DNA of 62,140 nucleotides, filler included, from Bonamia ostreae (Eukaryota): NCBI GenBank assembly GCA_040357525.1. It is 28 parts of 28 records of this genome, joined end to end, with 100 filler letters (N's around TTAATTAATTAA, not from the genome) between each part and the next. Parts side by side here need not be neighbours in the genome. Positions count along the whole stretch, not along the records: positions 11,218 to 13,357 come from JBDODL010001023.1; positions 13,458 to 15,597 come from JBDODL010001024.1; positions 15,698 to 17,835 come from JBDODL010001025.1; positions 17,936 to 20,066 come from JBDODL010001026.1; positions 20,167 to 22,294 come from JBDODL010001027.1; positions 22,395 to 24,518 come from JBDODL010001028.1; positions 24,619 to 26,741 come from JBDODL010001029.1; 21 more parts are not named here. The stretch is one strand, 5' to 3'. Position 1 is the stretch's first letter. Each line of letters opens with the position of its first letter. Shown in pieces: positions 13,151 through 26,219 of this stretch. The notes below the pieces were generated by a model. That model worked only from the letters and a program-made list of their open reading frames with translations, searched no databases and was not told where the DNA came from. Made by a program: the position numbers and the translations under genes.

Positions 13151-13457
13151 AATATCTAATTTTGTTGTCCTTTTTAAGACAAAATTGTTTAAAAATATTG
13201 TTTTTTCAGCAAAAATTGCTTAAAAGCTACAAAATATTGTTTTTAAACCAAAAAACTAATTAAAAGTAAAAAAAAATTTTATATTCATCAAAAAAAAGAT
13301 TAAAAGATAAAATAAATTGTTATATAATAAAAATCTGCATAAATATTACAAAATATANNNNNNNNNNNNNNNNNNNNNNNNNNNNNNNNNNNNNNNNNNN
13401 NTTAATTAATTAANNNNNNNNNNNNNNNNNNNNNNNNNNNNNNNNNNNNNNNNNNNN

Positions 13458-15510
13458 AAAAGAAAAAGATGAAGTTTTCGAGTTCAATCAAAACATCAAA
13501 AATTTGAGAACAAAATATGAACAAAAACAAGAAAAAGCCGTTAATCTCTTTTAAAGATTTAAAAATTAAAATTTGGCTTTTCTAGAAATTACTAAAATCT
13601 GATTTTTTTAAATTTCTCTAAAAGCTAAATTTTAAAGTATCACGGATTTATATTTCCGAGAACGCCGGGAGATGTTGAAAATTGCATTTTAGATTTCAGC
13701 AAGCCATCTCCGACGCTCCAAAACTTAATTTTGGAAGAGAAATTGAAAGATCAATTTACTGTTGTTGTGATAAGAGATATTTTCAAAGAAAATGGAAATC
13801 GATTTATCGAAAGAGAAAAAAGAGAAGATTTAATCAAAAATCTCGCTTCTGTCTATCATTATGTTTTTTTTTGACAATTTTACCTATTTTTTTTACCATT
13901 TTTAACAATATTTTTTGTCAATTTTTACCGATTTTTTAACAAAAACAAAATTATTTTTTTTGTCAATTTTTACCGATTTTTTAACAAAAACAAAATTATT
14001 TTTCGACCATTTTTAGCGATTTTTTATTATAAAAAACTATTTTTTTTGACAGTTTTTACCGATTTTTTTAATAAAAACAAAATTATTTTGTCAATTTTTA
14101 GCGATTTTTAGCGATTATTTAAACAAAATAATTAATCGACTAAATTTTAAGTATTTAAACGGAGTTTTTGGAAAGAGTGCGACTCCAAATCAAAAGCGAT
14201 TTTCACTGAAAAATTTGAAACCAGTTGACATTGAAGTCTCATTTCATGACGATCGTCGTTCGCTCAACGAAATAGTTTAACAAAAAAATTTTACAAAAAA
14301 ATTGCAAATTATAGATAAACTTAAAAACTGTCGAAAACGATACTCAGTCATTAAATCATCGATCGTTTAAAGGAACTCCTTTTAGATTCGAACTTCACTT
14401 GCCACAAAAAGATCCAATTATCGTTTTTATATTAAAAACAAATTTTAGACAAAAATCGAAAATTTTTATTCTCAGAAAAACTAAATTTTAGACAAAAAAT
14501 CACATTTTTATTAAAAAGGGAATAATTTTTTATTATCCGTTCGAAAATGAAGAAGAGACAATTCCGTCTTTGGAAACTATCAAAAACAACGAAGAAAATA
14601 ACGAAAACCAAAATTTATCAAAAAATAGAAAAGATTTTAGAAAAGATACCAATAAAACGGAATTCGATCCCATTTTCAATTGTTTTTGGCAAGGAAGACA
14701 AATTCCTTACGCTAATGTCGCCATGTTTTTTGGATTAATTTTAATATTTATTTTTTCAAATAATTTATTAAAATAAAATTTTATTTTTCGACTAATTTTT
14801 TTTATTTTTCGACTAATTTATTTTAATTTTTGACTAATTTTTTTACAACAAATTTAATTTTTCGACTAATTTATTTTAATTTTTGACTAATTTTTTTACA
14901 ACAAATTTTATTTTTAAACTAATTTATTTCAATTTTTGACTAATTTTTTTACAACAAATTTTATTTTTCGACCAATTTTTAACAATAAAATTTTAAAGTC
15001 TAAAATTTATGATTGGAATAGAACCTTATTTGAGAAAAAGAATAAGAGGAGCACTATTTTTCAACGAAAGTTTTGCAGTGAACCCGAATAAAAATATTTT
15101 CAAAAGCGATTTGAACGAAATTCTTAACGTTCAAGGAGCAAAAGTTATTTTAAAATTTTGATCTATTTTTGCTTTTTGATCTATTTTAAAAATAATCCAA
15201 AATTATCTTTTTTCTTTTTTTTCTAAAAAAATTTTCTAATCGAAAAAGCAAATTTTAATAAATTCTAATTTTTTAGAAACGGTATTTTGATTTTTATTAA
15301 ATTTAACGAAAAAGATTGAAAATAATTGATTTTTACTAAAATTAACGAAAAAAGATTGAAAATATGCTTGACGATTTGAAAGAAGAAAATTCTGATTTGT
15401 TCGCGCGAAAATCGCAAAGACCAATATCAAAATACGAAAAAATGCTTTTCGTCCCAGAAAAACGTTTTCTAATGTGGACCAGACGAATGAGCGAACAATT
15501 TGATAAAGAA
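13458..15510 (+). CDS. SMCHD1-like protein, GHKL-ATPase/transducer region, internal multi-exon fragment
   Basis: Spliced product matches SMCHD1 collinearly: KDQFTVVVI, LASVYHY|YLNG, VDIEVSF, GIIFYYPFENEEETIP, PIFNCFWQGRQIPY, RIRGALFFNESFAVNPNK, FLMWTRRMSEQFDK. The corresponding SMCHD1 blocks are DSFTAVVI, LAHIYHYYIHG, GIIRYHPF, IFECFWNGRLIPY, RISGALF, FALWLKDCHEKYDK. Confidence 0.85.
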
Positions 15511-15763
15511 GTTTTTTGCTAAAAAAACAATTTTATTGTTATTAAAACAATTTAAAAAAAACAATTGAAAGTTACAAAAAAAAAAACTAACCATTACNNN
15601 NNNNNNNNNNNNNNNNNNNNNNNNNNNNNNNNNNNNNNNNNTTAATTAATTAANNNNNNNNNNNNNNNNNNNNNNNNNNNNNNNNNNNNNNNNNNNNAAA
15701 TTTTACGACATTTCGATTGAACAACAAAACATTGCCGTTTTTAAAAATTTTTTGCAATTCGTT

Positions 15764-16469
15764 TTAACAACAAAAAACTTTCAATAAATCAATAAGAGGT
15801 TGCCCTTGAATTCTAATCAGGTTATTTAACGCGTTGAGCGCGGGAAGCACAACGGTCGGCTGCGCCGGGAACACTTTAAGCGACTCCACGATTTCCACAA
15901 CCGTTTTTTCAGACGTTCCTCTAGCGAAATTGTCGTCTTCTGTCATTCTCTCGAGCACGCTGAGAATGGAGCTCGCAAGTTGTTTGTTCTTCGTCCTGTT
16001 GGCCTCGGCCAACGTTTCCCTCAAAACCTCTTCTCCGCCAAGTTCTTTTATTCTATTTTTTCGGAATGAAAAACTTGTCGATATTGGGCGGATATCCGTC
16101 GCAAAGTGCGCGCAACAGATCCGCCACGCGGGCCGAGGACAGCTTGTCTTTGGAGCTCCGCAGTTGTTTGAGGCAGAACTCCACGCCGCCGTCGTCAGCG
16201 ATCTGTTTCGCGTATTCTTTGACGCGGCACGCGGAGATGAGCGGATTGCAGCCTTCGGAGATGATGCGCGGATTGTCTCTGTGCAGTTCGAGAGTACTGA
16301 GAATGGTCGGGAAGGTCTTCTCGCGAGCCATTCTGTCGAGATTCACTCTGTTCTTCGCGAGATGGCCAAAGCAGTTTAAAGTGTAAATGCACAAACGGCC
16401 AAATTTTGGTTTTTCTTTGAGTGCTTTAACCAAAGTTTTGACGTCTTCTTCTCCTTTGTCGAAGCCCAT
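15764..16469 (-). CDS. Armadillo-repeat protein, N-terminal part
   Basis: Helical ARM-like repeats (IADDGGVEFCL; IKELGGEEVL; VEIVESL...ALNALNNL). A 22-nt intron at 16053-16074 restores the frame. Confidence 0.7.
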
Positions 16470-17085
16470 TAGTTTTTTATTGAATTAATACTGTTTTCGA
16501 ATATAATATTATATAGCTGTTTTTTAAGCTTTAAATTTATTGCGATTTTGTAAGCTTAAGATTTGTAATTTGTTTCCAAATGAAGAATCGGAATTTATAA
16601 ATTTAAAATATAATTTTATAAACAATGGAAGATCTAAATCTAAATAATTTAAAGTTTAAAAAATTTATCAGAAAATTATGTGATTGCTTAAAATGAATAA
16701 AAAATGAGATTGATATAAAAGAAAATCAAACAAGGTTTGATCAAATAAAAAAATTTGAAAAACATGAAAAACAAAAAATTTGAACATTTTCAATTTTTAA
16801 AGGGATCATCGTAGATGAAATCGCTGATCATTATAATTGTTTAAAAGATAAAAATTTAAAAAATGAGTAACGGAAAAATCATAACTAGAAATGGTTAAAA
16901 TGCTATCGCCAAACAACATTAATCGTTCTGTATTTCCGCCATTAACAATATCAAAATATCGTTAACGATGGAATTCAGAACGACAAGAAACTCATAACAA
17001 GTCTAATCAATTAAATCCATAAAAAGTCAAATGTTCTCGCCATTCCATTATATGCGAAGCAAATAATATCCAAATTTTGTTTCTC

Positions 17086-17835
17086 ATGTTCCGACAATCT
17101 ATAAAGAACAAAGCTCTTTTCTTTAAATCCGCGACTGCTCTCGGTTGTTCATTTGGAGTCCAAGCTCTTTTTCTGAACTGCGCGTTTGCGGAAGACACGA
17201 AGAAAACGAGAGTTTTCAGTTGGGGCGCAAGCCAATATTTCCAGACTGGTTTGGGGCGCAACAAAGGAGTCTATTCCCCTGAGCCGGTCTCGTTCTTCGA
17301 CGACGTGGCCATAGCCGACATCCAAGCCGGGGGCCAGCAGACCTTCGTTCTCGCCAAAGACGGCAAAGTTTACTCTTTCGGTCGTGGCGACGACGGGAGA
17401 CTCGGCCACGGCGGAGAGGCGAACGAGGTTCTGCCGCGCGTTGTGGAATCGCTTCTGGGCACTAAAATAGCATCCCTGTCCTGCGGCGAAAAACATGTCG
17501 CCGCTGTCACCGAAGACGGGGACTTGTACACTTGGGGAAGAGGGCATTCGGGGCAACTGGGGCGAGACCCGTCTGACTTGCCTCGGAAAGTGCCGGGCAT
17601 GGCCAACATAAAAGCGGTTTCGTGTGGGAAGTTCCACACGGTCGCAGTCGACTCTTCGGGGCGCGTTTTTTCGTGCGGCGAAGGGCGCTCGGCCGCTCTC
17701 GGCCATGGCGACCGCGATTCCAGAGAGCAATTTGAACTCGTCGGGAATCTGAAAGACGTGAAAATAACCGATGTGGCCGCTGGAGAAGATTTCAGTCTTT
17801 TTTTGTCCGAAGATGGACGCCTCTTTTCCTGTGGA
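17086..17835 (+). CDS. RCC1-repeat (beta-propeller) protein, 3' truncated
   Basis: Repeated G..H/T..........GxVYSxG.G..GxLGxG motifs. The basic, acid-free N-terminus resembles a mitochondrial presequence. Confidence 0.9.
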
Positions 17836-17935
17836 NNNNNNNNNNNNNNNNNNNNNNNNNNNNNNNNNNNNNNNNNNNNTTAATTAATTAANNNNNNNNN
17901 NNNNNNNNNNNNNNNNNNNNNNNNNNNNNNNNNNN

Positions 17936-18167
17936 TGAAGGATGTCCATTCAAAATTTTCAAGAAACAACAAATGGAAAGAACATTGAGAGAATACAAAT
18001 TGAGCAAAAGAGGATTTAGTGACGTAATGGCTAAATTCAATTCTGGAAACTATCAAATTGCTTGCGGCGCTTTATTTCATTATAGCCATCCCGGGAGCGT
18101 TCTAGATGAAATTGCGGTCAATCATCCAAATTATTATTTTGAAGAAAGCGTCAAACTGTCAAAATAA
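17936..18167 (+). CDS. PRIM2: DNA primase large subunit, C-terminal Fe-S domain end (5' truncated)
   Basis: GCPF...NYQIAC..LF...H......VNHPNYYFEES is the PRIM2 C-terminal signature. Confidence 0.85.
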
Positions 18168-18390
18168 ATATTTTACAAATTTTACTTTTTCGACAAAAAA
18201 TAAAAATGATAAAAATTTAAAAATGATAAAAATGTTCTAATAAAACTGATAAAAATTTTAAATGAAAAAATCCACCATTAATGTCAAATTTAGCTTTATA
18301 GAAGTTTAGATTCAGTCAATATAAAAATATTTCTATTTATCAATATACGACAACAATCAAAACTTCAATAAATAATAAAAATTAGCTTTA

Positions 18391-19862
18391 ATGGCGGATC
18401 GAGACAATATAATGTTAAAACAAGAAAACATAAACAATAATATTGAAAAATCGATTTTAGAAGAAAAATTGTCGAAAATGGCGTTAACTTTAAATTACAA
18501 AATTGAAGAGATTTCAAAACTAAAATTTGAACTTAAAAATAAATTTGAAATAAAAATGGAGAATGAAATTAACGGTTATAAGACTGTTTTAAATAAATAT
18601 GAGAATTTGCAGAAAGAAAATCGTGTTTTTAGAAGAACAATAGAAAATTTAAATTTCGATCTAAAAAAATTGACTGACAAAATTGTTGATTTGGAGAATG
18701 AAAAAACGTTTTTTGTTTAATATTTTTAAAATTCGATCGATTTGTCATATATTTCCAACGAAAATCAAAAGTCCGAAAAAATTTAATAAAATTAAAAATC
18801 GAACTAATTTAATCAATTTTCAAAAATCGATCGATTTCTCATATATTTCAACCTAAATCCAAAAGTCCGAAAAATTTGCTAAAATAAAAAAAACTAAAAG
18901 AGCAATAGAACAAAAACAAAAAACAAAACTTTTGAAAACAGAAAAAGATTTGGCAAAAATTAAAAAACAAAATTTAGTTTTAAACGAGAACAGAGAAAAA
19001 TCAAAATATTTTATAAAAAGAGAAAAATTATTATTGTCCAAAATCGACAATTTAAGAAAATCCAATTTTGATTTGAACAAATTAAACAAATCTCTTTTAA
19101 TTAAAAATTGCAAAATTGATGAAAAAATCGACGAAAAAGATTTTTCAAAAAATAAAAGAAAATTTGATAAAACTTGTCAAATTAATGTTTAATTTTCAAA
19201 AATTAAATTTTTTTGAAGATTGAAAATAAAAAGATAAAAGAATTAAAAGAGAAAAAACATAAAAATGATTTATTGGCAAAATATGCAAAAAATAGTCAAA
19301 AATACGAATTGATTTTATTAAAAATTAAATCGATATTTTCAAATTATTCCGATTTTGATTTATTTTTTGACAAATATTTAATTTTGGACAAAAATTCGAC
19401 GTTTTTGTCCAAAAACAATCGTTTTTACAAAAATATGTTTTAGTTTTTTTAAAACAACAAATTGAGGAAATGAAGAACTTGATTTCAGAAGTAAAAATGG
19501 AAAATTTGAATTACAAAGAAAAATTTGCGAAACAGATGTCGGAAATTGAATTAAAAAATGGCGAAAACAAAACTTTGAAAAATAATCTTTTTGTTGCAAC
19601 TGAAAATCTAAAGTTATTAAATGATTTTTTGGTTTTTACTATTTTAATCGGAAAGAGAACATTTGAGACGGACAAAAACAGCGAAAATTTGGGAAAATTG
19701 GTTTTAGAAATAAAAAAATTTTGCGAAAAAGTGCAAAATTTTGATAAAAAAGAAATTGTGAAAATTAGCAATTTTTCGGAAGACAGTTCTGAAGATACTG
19801 AGAAAACTGGCCAAAAATGGTCACAAGAAATTGATAGTGATTCTGTTATTTGTGTTGATTAA
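18391..19862 (+). CDS. Lys/Glu-rich coiled-coil protein, multi-exon, function unknown
   Basis: Successive heptad-like open frames separated by GTTT...AAG/TAG introns. Confidence 0.55.
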
Positions 19863-19952
19863 ATCGATTTTTGTTTTATAAAAGACAATTTTAATAAAAT
19901 TGAAATTTGCAAAGTTTAAAAAATGTAAATTTTGAAAAATAGTCAAAAAAGT

Positions 19953-20051
19953 TTAATTTGTCCAAAGTTTTAGAATTTTGTCTTTCCCTCCAGAAGCAAC
20001 TTTGGATCCGTCCGGGCTCCAATCCACTGCATAAACTTCATCTTCGTGTCC
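19953..20051 (-). CDS. NLE1: Notchless/Rsa4 WD40 protein, last exon
   Basis: [30 protein letters not shown] is nearly identical to the NLE1 C-terminal repeat. Confidence 0.8.
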   Translation of the reverse strand, partial: GHEDEVYAVDWSPDGSKVASGGKDKILKLWTN

Positions 20052-20370
20052 CTTTTTGTTGAAGTTNNNNNNNNNNNNNNNNNNNNNNNNNNNNNNNNNN
20101 NNNNNNNNNNTTAATTAATTAANNNNNNNNNNNNNNNNNNNNNNNNNNNNNNNNNNNNNNNNNNNNCTTACCTCTTTTCCCCGACAGTTTTCACACTTTT
20201 TTATAAAATCAGCTTTGCGAATAAATATCCCACACTGAAACAGATCAAGAAAACTTCTACATTATGGACAGTTTTTTAAATCTAAAAATGTTGTAATGTA
20301 CTCTCTAGATTTTTAAATTTATATTGATACTTTGCGTAGAATACCATTGATTGTTGTATTTTCTGGAATT

Positions 20371-22030
20371 TCATGAACTTACTTCAAAGGTTTCTCCGTT
20401 GATCGTCTCTATCATTGCGTCCAAGCACTTCACTGAGGTTTGTGATGTACATATAACCTCTGGACATTCTATCTGATCCTGTATACAGTCTGGTTTTAAA
20501 TATGGGCTCTCTTCTGCTTGGGCACACGATTTCAAATAACCAATACATGGAATGCAATATGCATGGAAATAAGAACATGATCTGTTGCGAATCTGCACCT
20601 GTGAAATTCAATAAAGAACAATATACATGACAAATGACATATTTTCCTCTCACAAGTATACATAATTGCAACGATGCATATAGTATCAACTCATGGGCAA
20701 GACAAATAATTAGGTGTATCCCCTTCTTTAAGATGTTTGCTTAATTTTTTATAGGAATATTTTCTGTGATAGGAATCGTATCTGAATATACACTGGGTTG
20801 TATAATCTAGGTGTACCATGGTTGATGTAAATGCACAATATTATGCGATTATCACCTTCTGATGAGGATTACTCGTGACTATATGGACTGGTCAAGTATT
20901 TTACCGTAGCCGTAGACCATCTACGATTTCAACATCAATCAAAACTGTCTGAAAAAAATTATTTTGGCCATATCGTATTGCTATCAGTCTTTTCGCTGTT
21001 TTCTTGCAGAACTTCGAAAAACATTTTGACAACACAAAATTTAAAAATGCCAAGTCAAATAATTCAAACATTTGACTTTTTCCTTTCGCTTACAGTTAGC
21101 ATCTGAAAAAATTCACAGCTGAGGTGGTGTATTTTCTTATATTTACGGAATCCTTGTCAAATAAAATTGATCTTCGACAGTGGCAAACCTGCCGTCCAGA
21201 TCCGCCATTTACTTGTTACAGACGTCTCTAATTGTTTTAAAAATGTCAGCAAATCGTTTATGATCGGTCAAAATGGAATAGGTGAAGTTGATCTTAGGAA
21301 AAGATCATCTTTACCAATGAAAGAACATCAAAATTGTTAATAATTTTTATATTTTTTATATTTTTTATCGCTTTCTAATTTTTTAAGCTTATCTATTGTA
21401 AATATTGCTACATGTATGTGTTATAGTTTTTGCATCGACATCGATTTGCTGAGTACATTACCTTTCTAGTACTACATGCAACTTATATTTTGATATTTTG
21501 TCAAACAGAGCACAGCGTTATGAGATACATGTATTCATAAATGAATAATAATTCTGAATTCTGAAAGAATATGCTATGTAGTAGACAATGCAGTCAATGG
21601 TTAATCTTGATCTCCTTACCGTGTTTGAACAATAATCTTTGCATCTTCTGCAGGAGAATTTGCTCAATTCCAAAGTAACCGCTGTCTGTAACATATCATT
21701 TAATATATGTTTGAATATATCTTTGTTGCAGTAATGCTTACTGACAGAAATGTTGTCATGTACAGAAACAGTGAAATAAATATCTTATTCACCCGTTCAG
21801 AAAAATATATAATCGGCAATTCATGTTCCATAGTTTCTTGTAAAAAATGACTTTACCATAAGCGGTGTCTTTCTAAACTCTCGTAAAAGGTTTTGGATTA
21901 CTGATCCTGGAACTTCTGTTTTACAAAATCTGTTGAAACATTGCACATAATTCTGCTGTGAAGCTTTCTGTGCTTGCTGTGTACATGTCAGGCAATGAGA
22001 GTGTCTACATCTCTTGAATCTAAAGATAGC
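20371..22030 (-). CDS. Host-type multi-exon gene with RING-like Cys/His modules (partial)
   Basis: Exons encode CRHSHCLTC...VQCFNRFC and CSYFHAYCIPC...IECPEVIC, with canonical GTAA donors and long introns. Confidence 0.5.
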
Positions 22031-23189
22031 CTATGAAAAATACGAATACCTTATTACCCTCTGATGGCATTGTTAAACACCAATATTTCCTTTTTCATGC
22101 ACGAATGTAAACTCGGTGAAGGTATATGTGGGGGTGGTGATCACTTATTTTGATAGCGATCATAGTCACAAATACAGATATAATAATTTTTGATAAAAGT
22201 AGCTGATGAAAAGAATTGAAAACTGAAATATAAGGATGGGGGTTTGCGATTTCAAAAATCTTAAATTGAAGGTTGGGAATAGGGAGTAAACTTTNNNNNN
22301 NNNNNNNNNNNNNNNNNNNNNNNNNNNNNNNNNNNNNNTTAATTAATTAANNNNNNNNNNNNNNNNNNNNNNNNNNNNNNNNNNNNNNNNNNNNCAAAAT
22401 CCACCTTGTGTAAGTGAATCCATTATGGTATAATAGGAGGTGTTCTAAATCCTTCGAACAATAATATACCATGTATTCTATACGTATTCGACATTGGGTA
22501 GCAGTGGTTAGAGCCTCACACAAACTTTGACTGTGTCAAACCTAAACTGTATCAATATACAATGACTTCTTCTTGGTCAAACCTTCGGCACTTGCAAGAG
22601 AAATTCATAGGTTTTTCAGAGATGACCTTAAATGCCCATATAAGGTAGTGTTTACATCGACAAACGAGTATGAGAAGAAAGTGCTTTCGTCGGTATAACG
22701 GTTTAGATTTAATACCAGGTTAAAATAAGAACAGCAGGGTGTAAATTTCCCCATCTGAATTTCCTTTCTTTGGTGGTAGCATCCACAATTTATTCCAAGT
22801 TGAACAAGTACATTTTGCAGCTGATTGTTAACGGGTTTTTGGTTTCTCTGCGCGCTGTGCATATTTTGGAGAAACTCTGACTCTTCGGTTTACAAGCAAT
22901 CATTATGGAACAAACGAAGAATTTGGTATATCTATGAAAACTATTTGGTACTCGTTTAGTATAAATATCGTTTAAGACTAACATACGGAGTTTATTATTG
23001 GTTATTCATGAAATTATCCTGCATCATGACGAAGTTTCAATGAAAAAGCAATCCTCTCCCGAAAACTTTGAATTTGCAACGCTGAACCAATGTTCACAAT
23101 TTCATGCTGACGCAACAATGAGAGTTGTTGCGGGTGTTTTTATCTATTTTTAGCCTAACATTATTATATATTGCTTACGTTCTCACGAT

Positions 23190-23500
23190 CGCGGTAACTC
23201 ATTGGTATATCATTCGCTTCGTAGCCGGGAGACCATGAGTTCGAACCCCGTCTGTGCCAAAGAAGAGTCAAACCTAAGACGTAAATATAAGTAGTAATCG
23301 CTCCGTCGCTAAACGCTCAGCATTTAGAAGNNNNNNNNNNAGAATCATGGGTCTTTCGGATAGGATTTCTAAAAGAGGGATCCTGTGTCGCGGCACATTA
23401 AAGAACTATCACTAATACCGCCCCGAGTGCTAAGCATAGGACATCACCTATAACTGGTGACGTCTAAAGTCCTCGATACGATGTAAAACAAACAAACAAA
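23190..23500 (+). mobile_element. tRNA-derived SINE (host-type), near full length, contains a 10-N gap
   Basis: Pol III B-box GAGTTCGAACC at ~23237, a conserved core shared with two other contigs, and an (AAAC)n tail. Confidence 0.75.
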
Positions 23501-24000
23501 TAACCATAAGCCAACAAGTTGCAATTTGCACCAAGAGTGATTATCAAGAAGCTAAAATATTCCATTGCCATATGTAACGTACGAAGGGCAACAATAGATG
23601 TAGACCAACAGCAATAATAAGGCCACATGAGTCAACAAATTCAAGTAAATCAAAGTATATGCGAATACCACAGTCTCCTTCCACGGTACAGCAAAATATG
23701 AAGATTCTGACTATGTTGATATAATATATTATAGTCTTCAACATAATTAATAAAAGTAAATACATAAACATGGAACTACAGTTACCCAGTGATATTTGTG
23801 ATGTTAAGGGTAGTGTAGAATATGCACATACCTTAATTTGAAAACACAAGGTGCATATATTCTGAAAATTAAAATAAGTTGCGTTGAACGTGAACAGAAT
23901 ACACACAATTATAATTTCCAATTTTCATAATTAAATGTTATTAATAAAAACTTATTCTTAAATTTGACTACTACATGTATATGTTGAATACATTCTGTAC

Positions 24001-24422
24001 CTTTTCCTGCAGAAGATTGTACACATCGTGTTTTGTCACCCAATTAATGTCTGAGTTAAATGAATATCCTGTATATACACACTGCAGACAGGCAAATGCT
24101 TTTTCTGACTTATGCTTGACAAAATTTACAATCACTTCTGTCTGTTGGAGACAATGACCACAGAATTGATGAGAGCACTCTGGTATTTTGAATCCTGCCT
24201 GAAACACAAATAAATGGCACAGATCTGCTGCAATCAATAAATTATAATATTATATGAACACAAAACTCATAACAGGTGTCAAGCAAAGATCACAGTGCAA
24301 TACTGGATATATGATATGTTTCTCACCTTTTGTTTGCATTCATTAACTCCACATTGTTTAGCATAGTCTGGTACTAAAATCGTTCCTCTTTTCCCATGCA
24401 CTGGTGGTCCATATTGTCCATC
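24001..24422 (-). CDS. Two host-type exons (24327-24422, 24001-24198) with a RING-like motif
   Basis: IPECSHQFCGHC...FACLQC, with donors GTGAGA and GTACAG. Confidence 0.5.
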
Positions 24423-24699
24423 CTAAATTGCAAAAGATGCCCATGATCAATAAGCTCATCGGCCTCACCATTCATTTACAAAGATAAAGGTCCTAAATAT
24501 TTTAACGACCTGACTTTGNNNNNNNNNNNNNNNNNNNNNNNNNNNNNNNNNNNNNNNNNNNNTTAATTAATTAANNNNNNNNNNNNNNNNNNNNNNNNNN
24601 NNNNNNNNNNNNNNNNNNTTAAGAAGTGCATTAAATTTTTTTATTTCAGATAAAAAAAGAAATCTTTTTAACTGAAAAATTAATGTTTTATTCTTTTAG

Positions 24700-26219
24700 A
24701 TAACATCGAACAGCACTGCTGCAAGTTAAAAACAGACGAAATAAATACGGTACGGGGAAATTTGTTCGTTTCATAAAAACATAATATTCCGACATTATTT
24801 TAACCTAAAACATTTTAAAAATTATCTTGAATCCTCATTTACTTATTCCGCACAATAAACGCAACGACGGAACATGTCGCCGCTGTCGCCAAACTGATCA
24901 GCGACACAGTGTGCCTGCTCCCAATCCGAATCATGTATTCTTCCGGCACACTGAAAGTACTTCCACTGGTTATCCTCTCAATCCCGGCGACCAAAATGAC
25001 GAACCCGGCCAAAATCCCGAGAACTTTGCTGACAAAGTTGAAGCGGGTGATTTTGAGCAACATCAAAATCTCAAAAGCGAACAAAATGGTCAGACCGCCG
25101 CAAAGAAAATGCCCGAACGGAACTGCTTCTCTCCCGACGCTTTTTTGGACTGTTTCGATAACCGGTGCAAAGATCGTTTTTTGGCCGAAATTCGACGGAA
25201 CGAAATCGTTTAGAGAGACAAAATATGAAATTATCAAGGCGATGCTCAGATATTTGTCTTTTGATTAACAAATTCGATGATTTTTTGTTGAAGTCGATTA
25301 TAAAGAAGATTTATAAATTCGATATTTTTTTTTGTTTAAGACGATAATGATGTACATATTAGCTTTAAAACGGATAGAGCTCAACGCAAAGATGACTGTA
25401 GCGACGAAAACATGAAAAGCGATGATTCCGAGGATTGGATTTGCGGTTCGGTCATTTGAGATTATTTTCAGATATCCGACCAAAACGCGTTCTTTCCCCA
25501 AATTAAAATTTTCGACAACATATTCGGACACGTAATTTGCCAAAATTAGCGACGCAATGACTTTTTTAGTTCAAAATTAAGGTAAAAATTTGTTGACAAA
25601 GCAATTTTGGTAAAAATAAACTGACAGAAACGGTGATAGCGAACAAGAAAATGGGTTTGAACGCTTTGGCAATGATTTTTGCGAAGAGAAATCCAGACAA
25701 AACGGCGACGACGAGAATTGATAATATCATGAAAGTGTTTGTTTCGAGCTAATTTTGGCGATAAAAACGTTGTCGAAGAAGTTTGAGATGAAATAGAGGA
25801 AGAGAGCTGTTCCGAACAAAAAACTGCTCGATCCGAGGACCATTTTAAAGAATTTGGTAGGAAAGAACATAAAACCGATTCCGATTAACAGATAAATTGA
25901 GCCGATAAAAACTGTTTTTGTTGTTGGCGAAGAATTTGCAACTTGATTTTAGCAGTTTTTGAATTATGAAATAACAAAATTATAGATTTTATCGATTTTT
26001 GGATTACGAAATATCAAGATTTTGGCCTAATTTAATATTAAATTTTATTTGTTTTAACATAATTTTCAAAAAACAAAGATAGTCTGCAAATTCGACAATT
26101 TTACTTCGCAACAGAAGAATAATTTCCAGTTCCAATAATTTTTCTACTTGAGAAGTGGCACTGGAAAGATTTTTAAGGGCGGCATTTTTAATCGAATCAA
26201 AATCGATGGCTGAAATCAT
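24700..26219 (-). CDS. Multi-pass membrane protein (weak DUF4203/TMEM198-like resemblance), multi-exon
   Basis: Many hydrophobic segments (IGIGFMFFPTKFFKMVLGSSSFLFG; FVSKVLGILAGFVILVAGI) linked by GTTT-type introns. Ends are approximate. Confidence 0.5.

Noticed and set aside
15834-17730. Long antisense/alternative-frame ORFs (e.g. 15834-16379, 17149-17730; also 35675-36274, 53425-54171, 59280-59895)
   Set aside because: Shadows of well-supported genes on the opposite strand in locally GC-richer coding DNA.
20859-20900. Hammerhead ribozyme core CTGATGAG
   Set aside because: No properly placed GAAA or flanking helices are visible.
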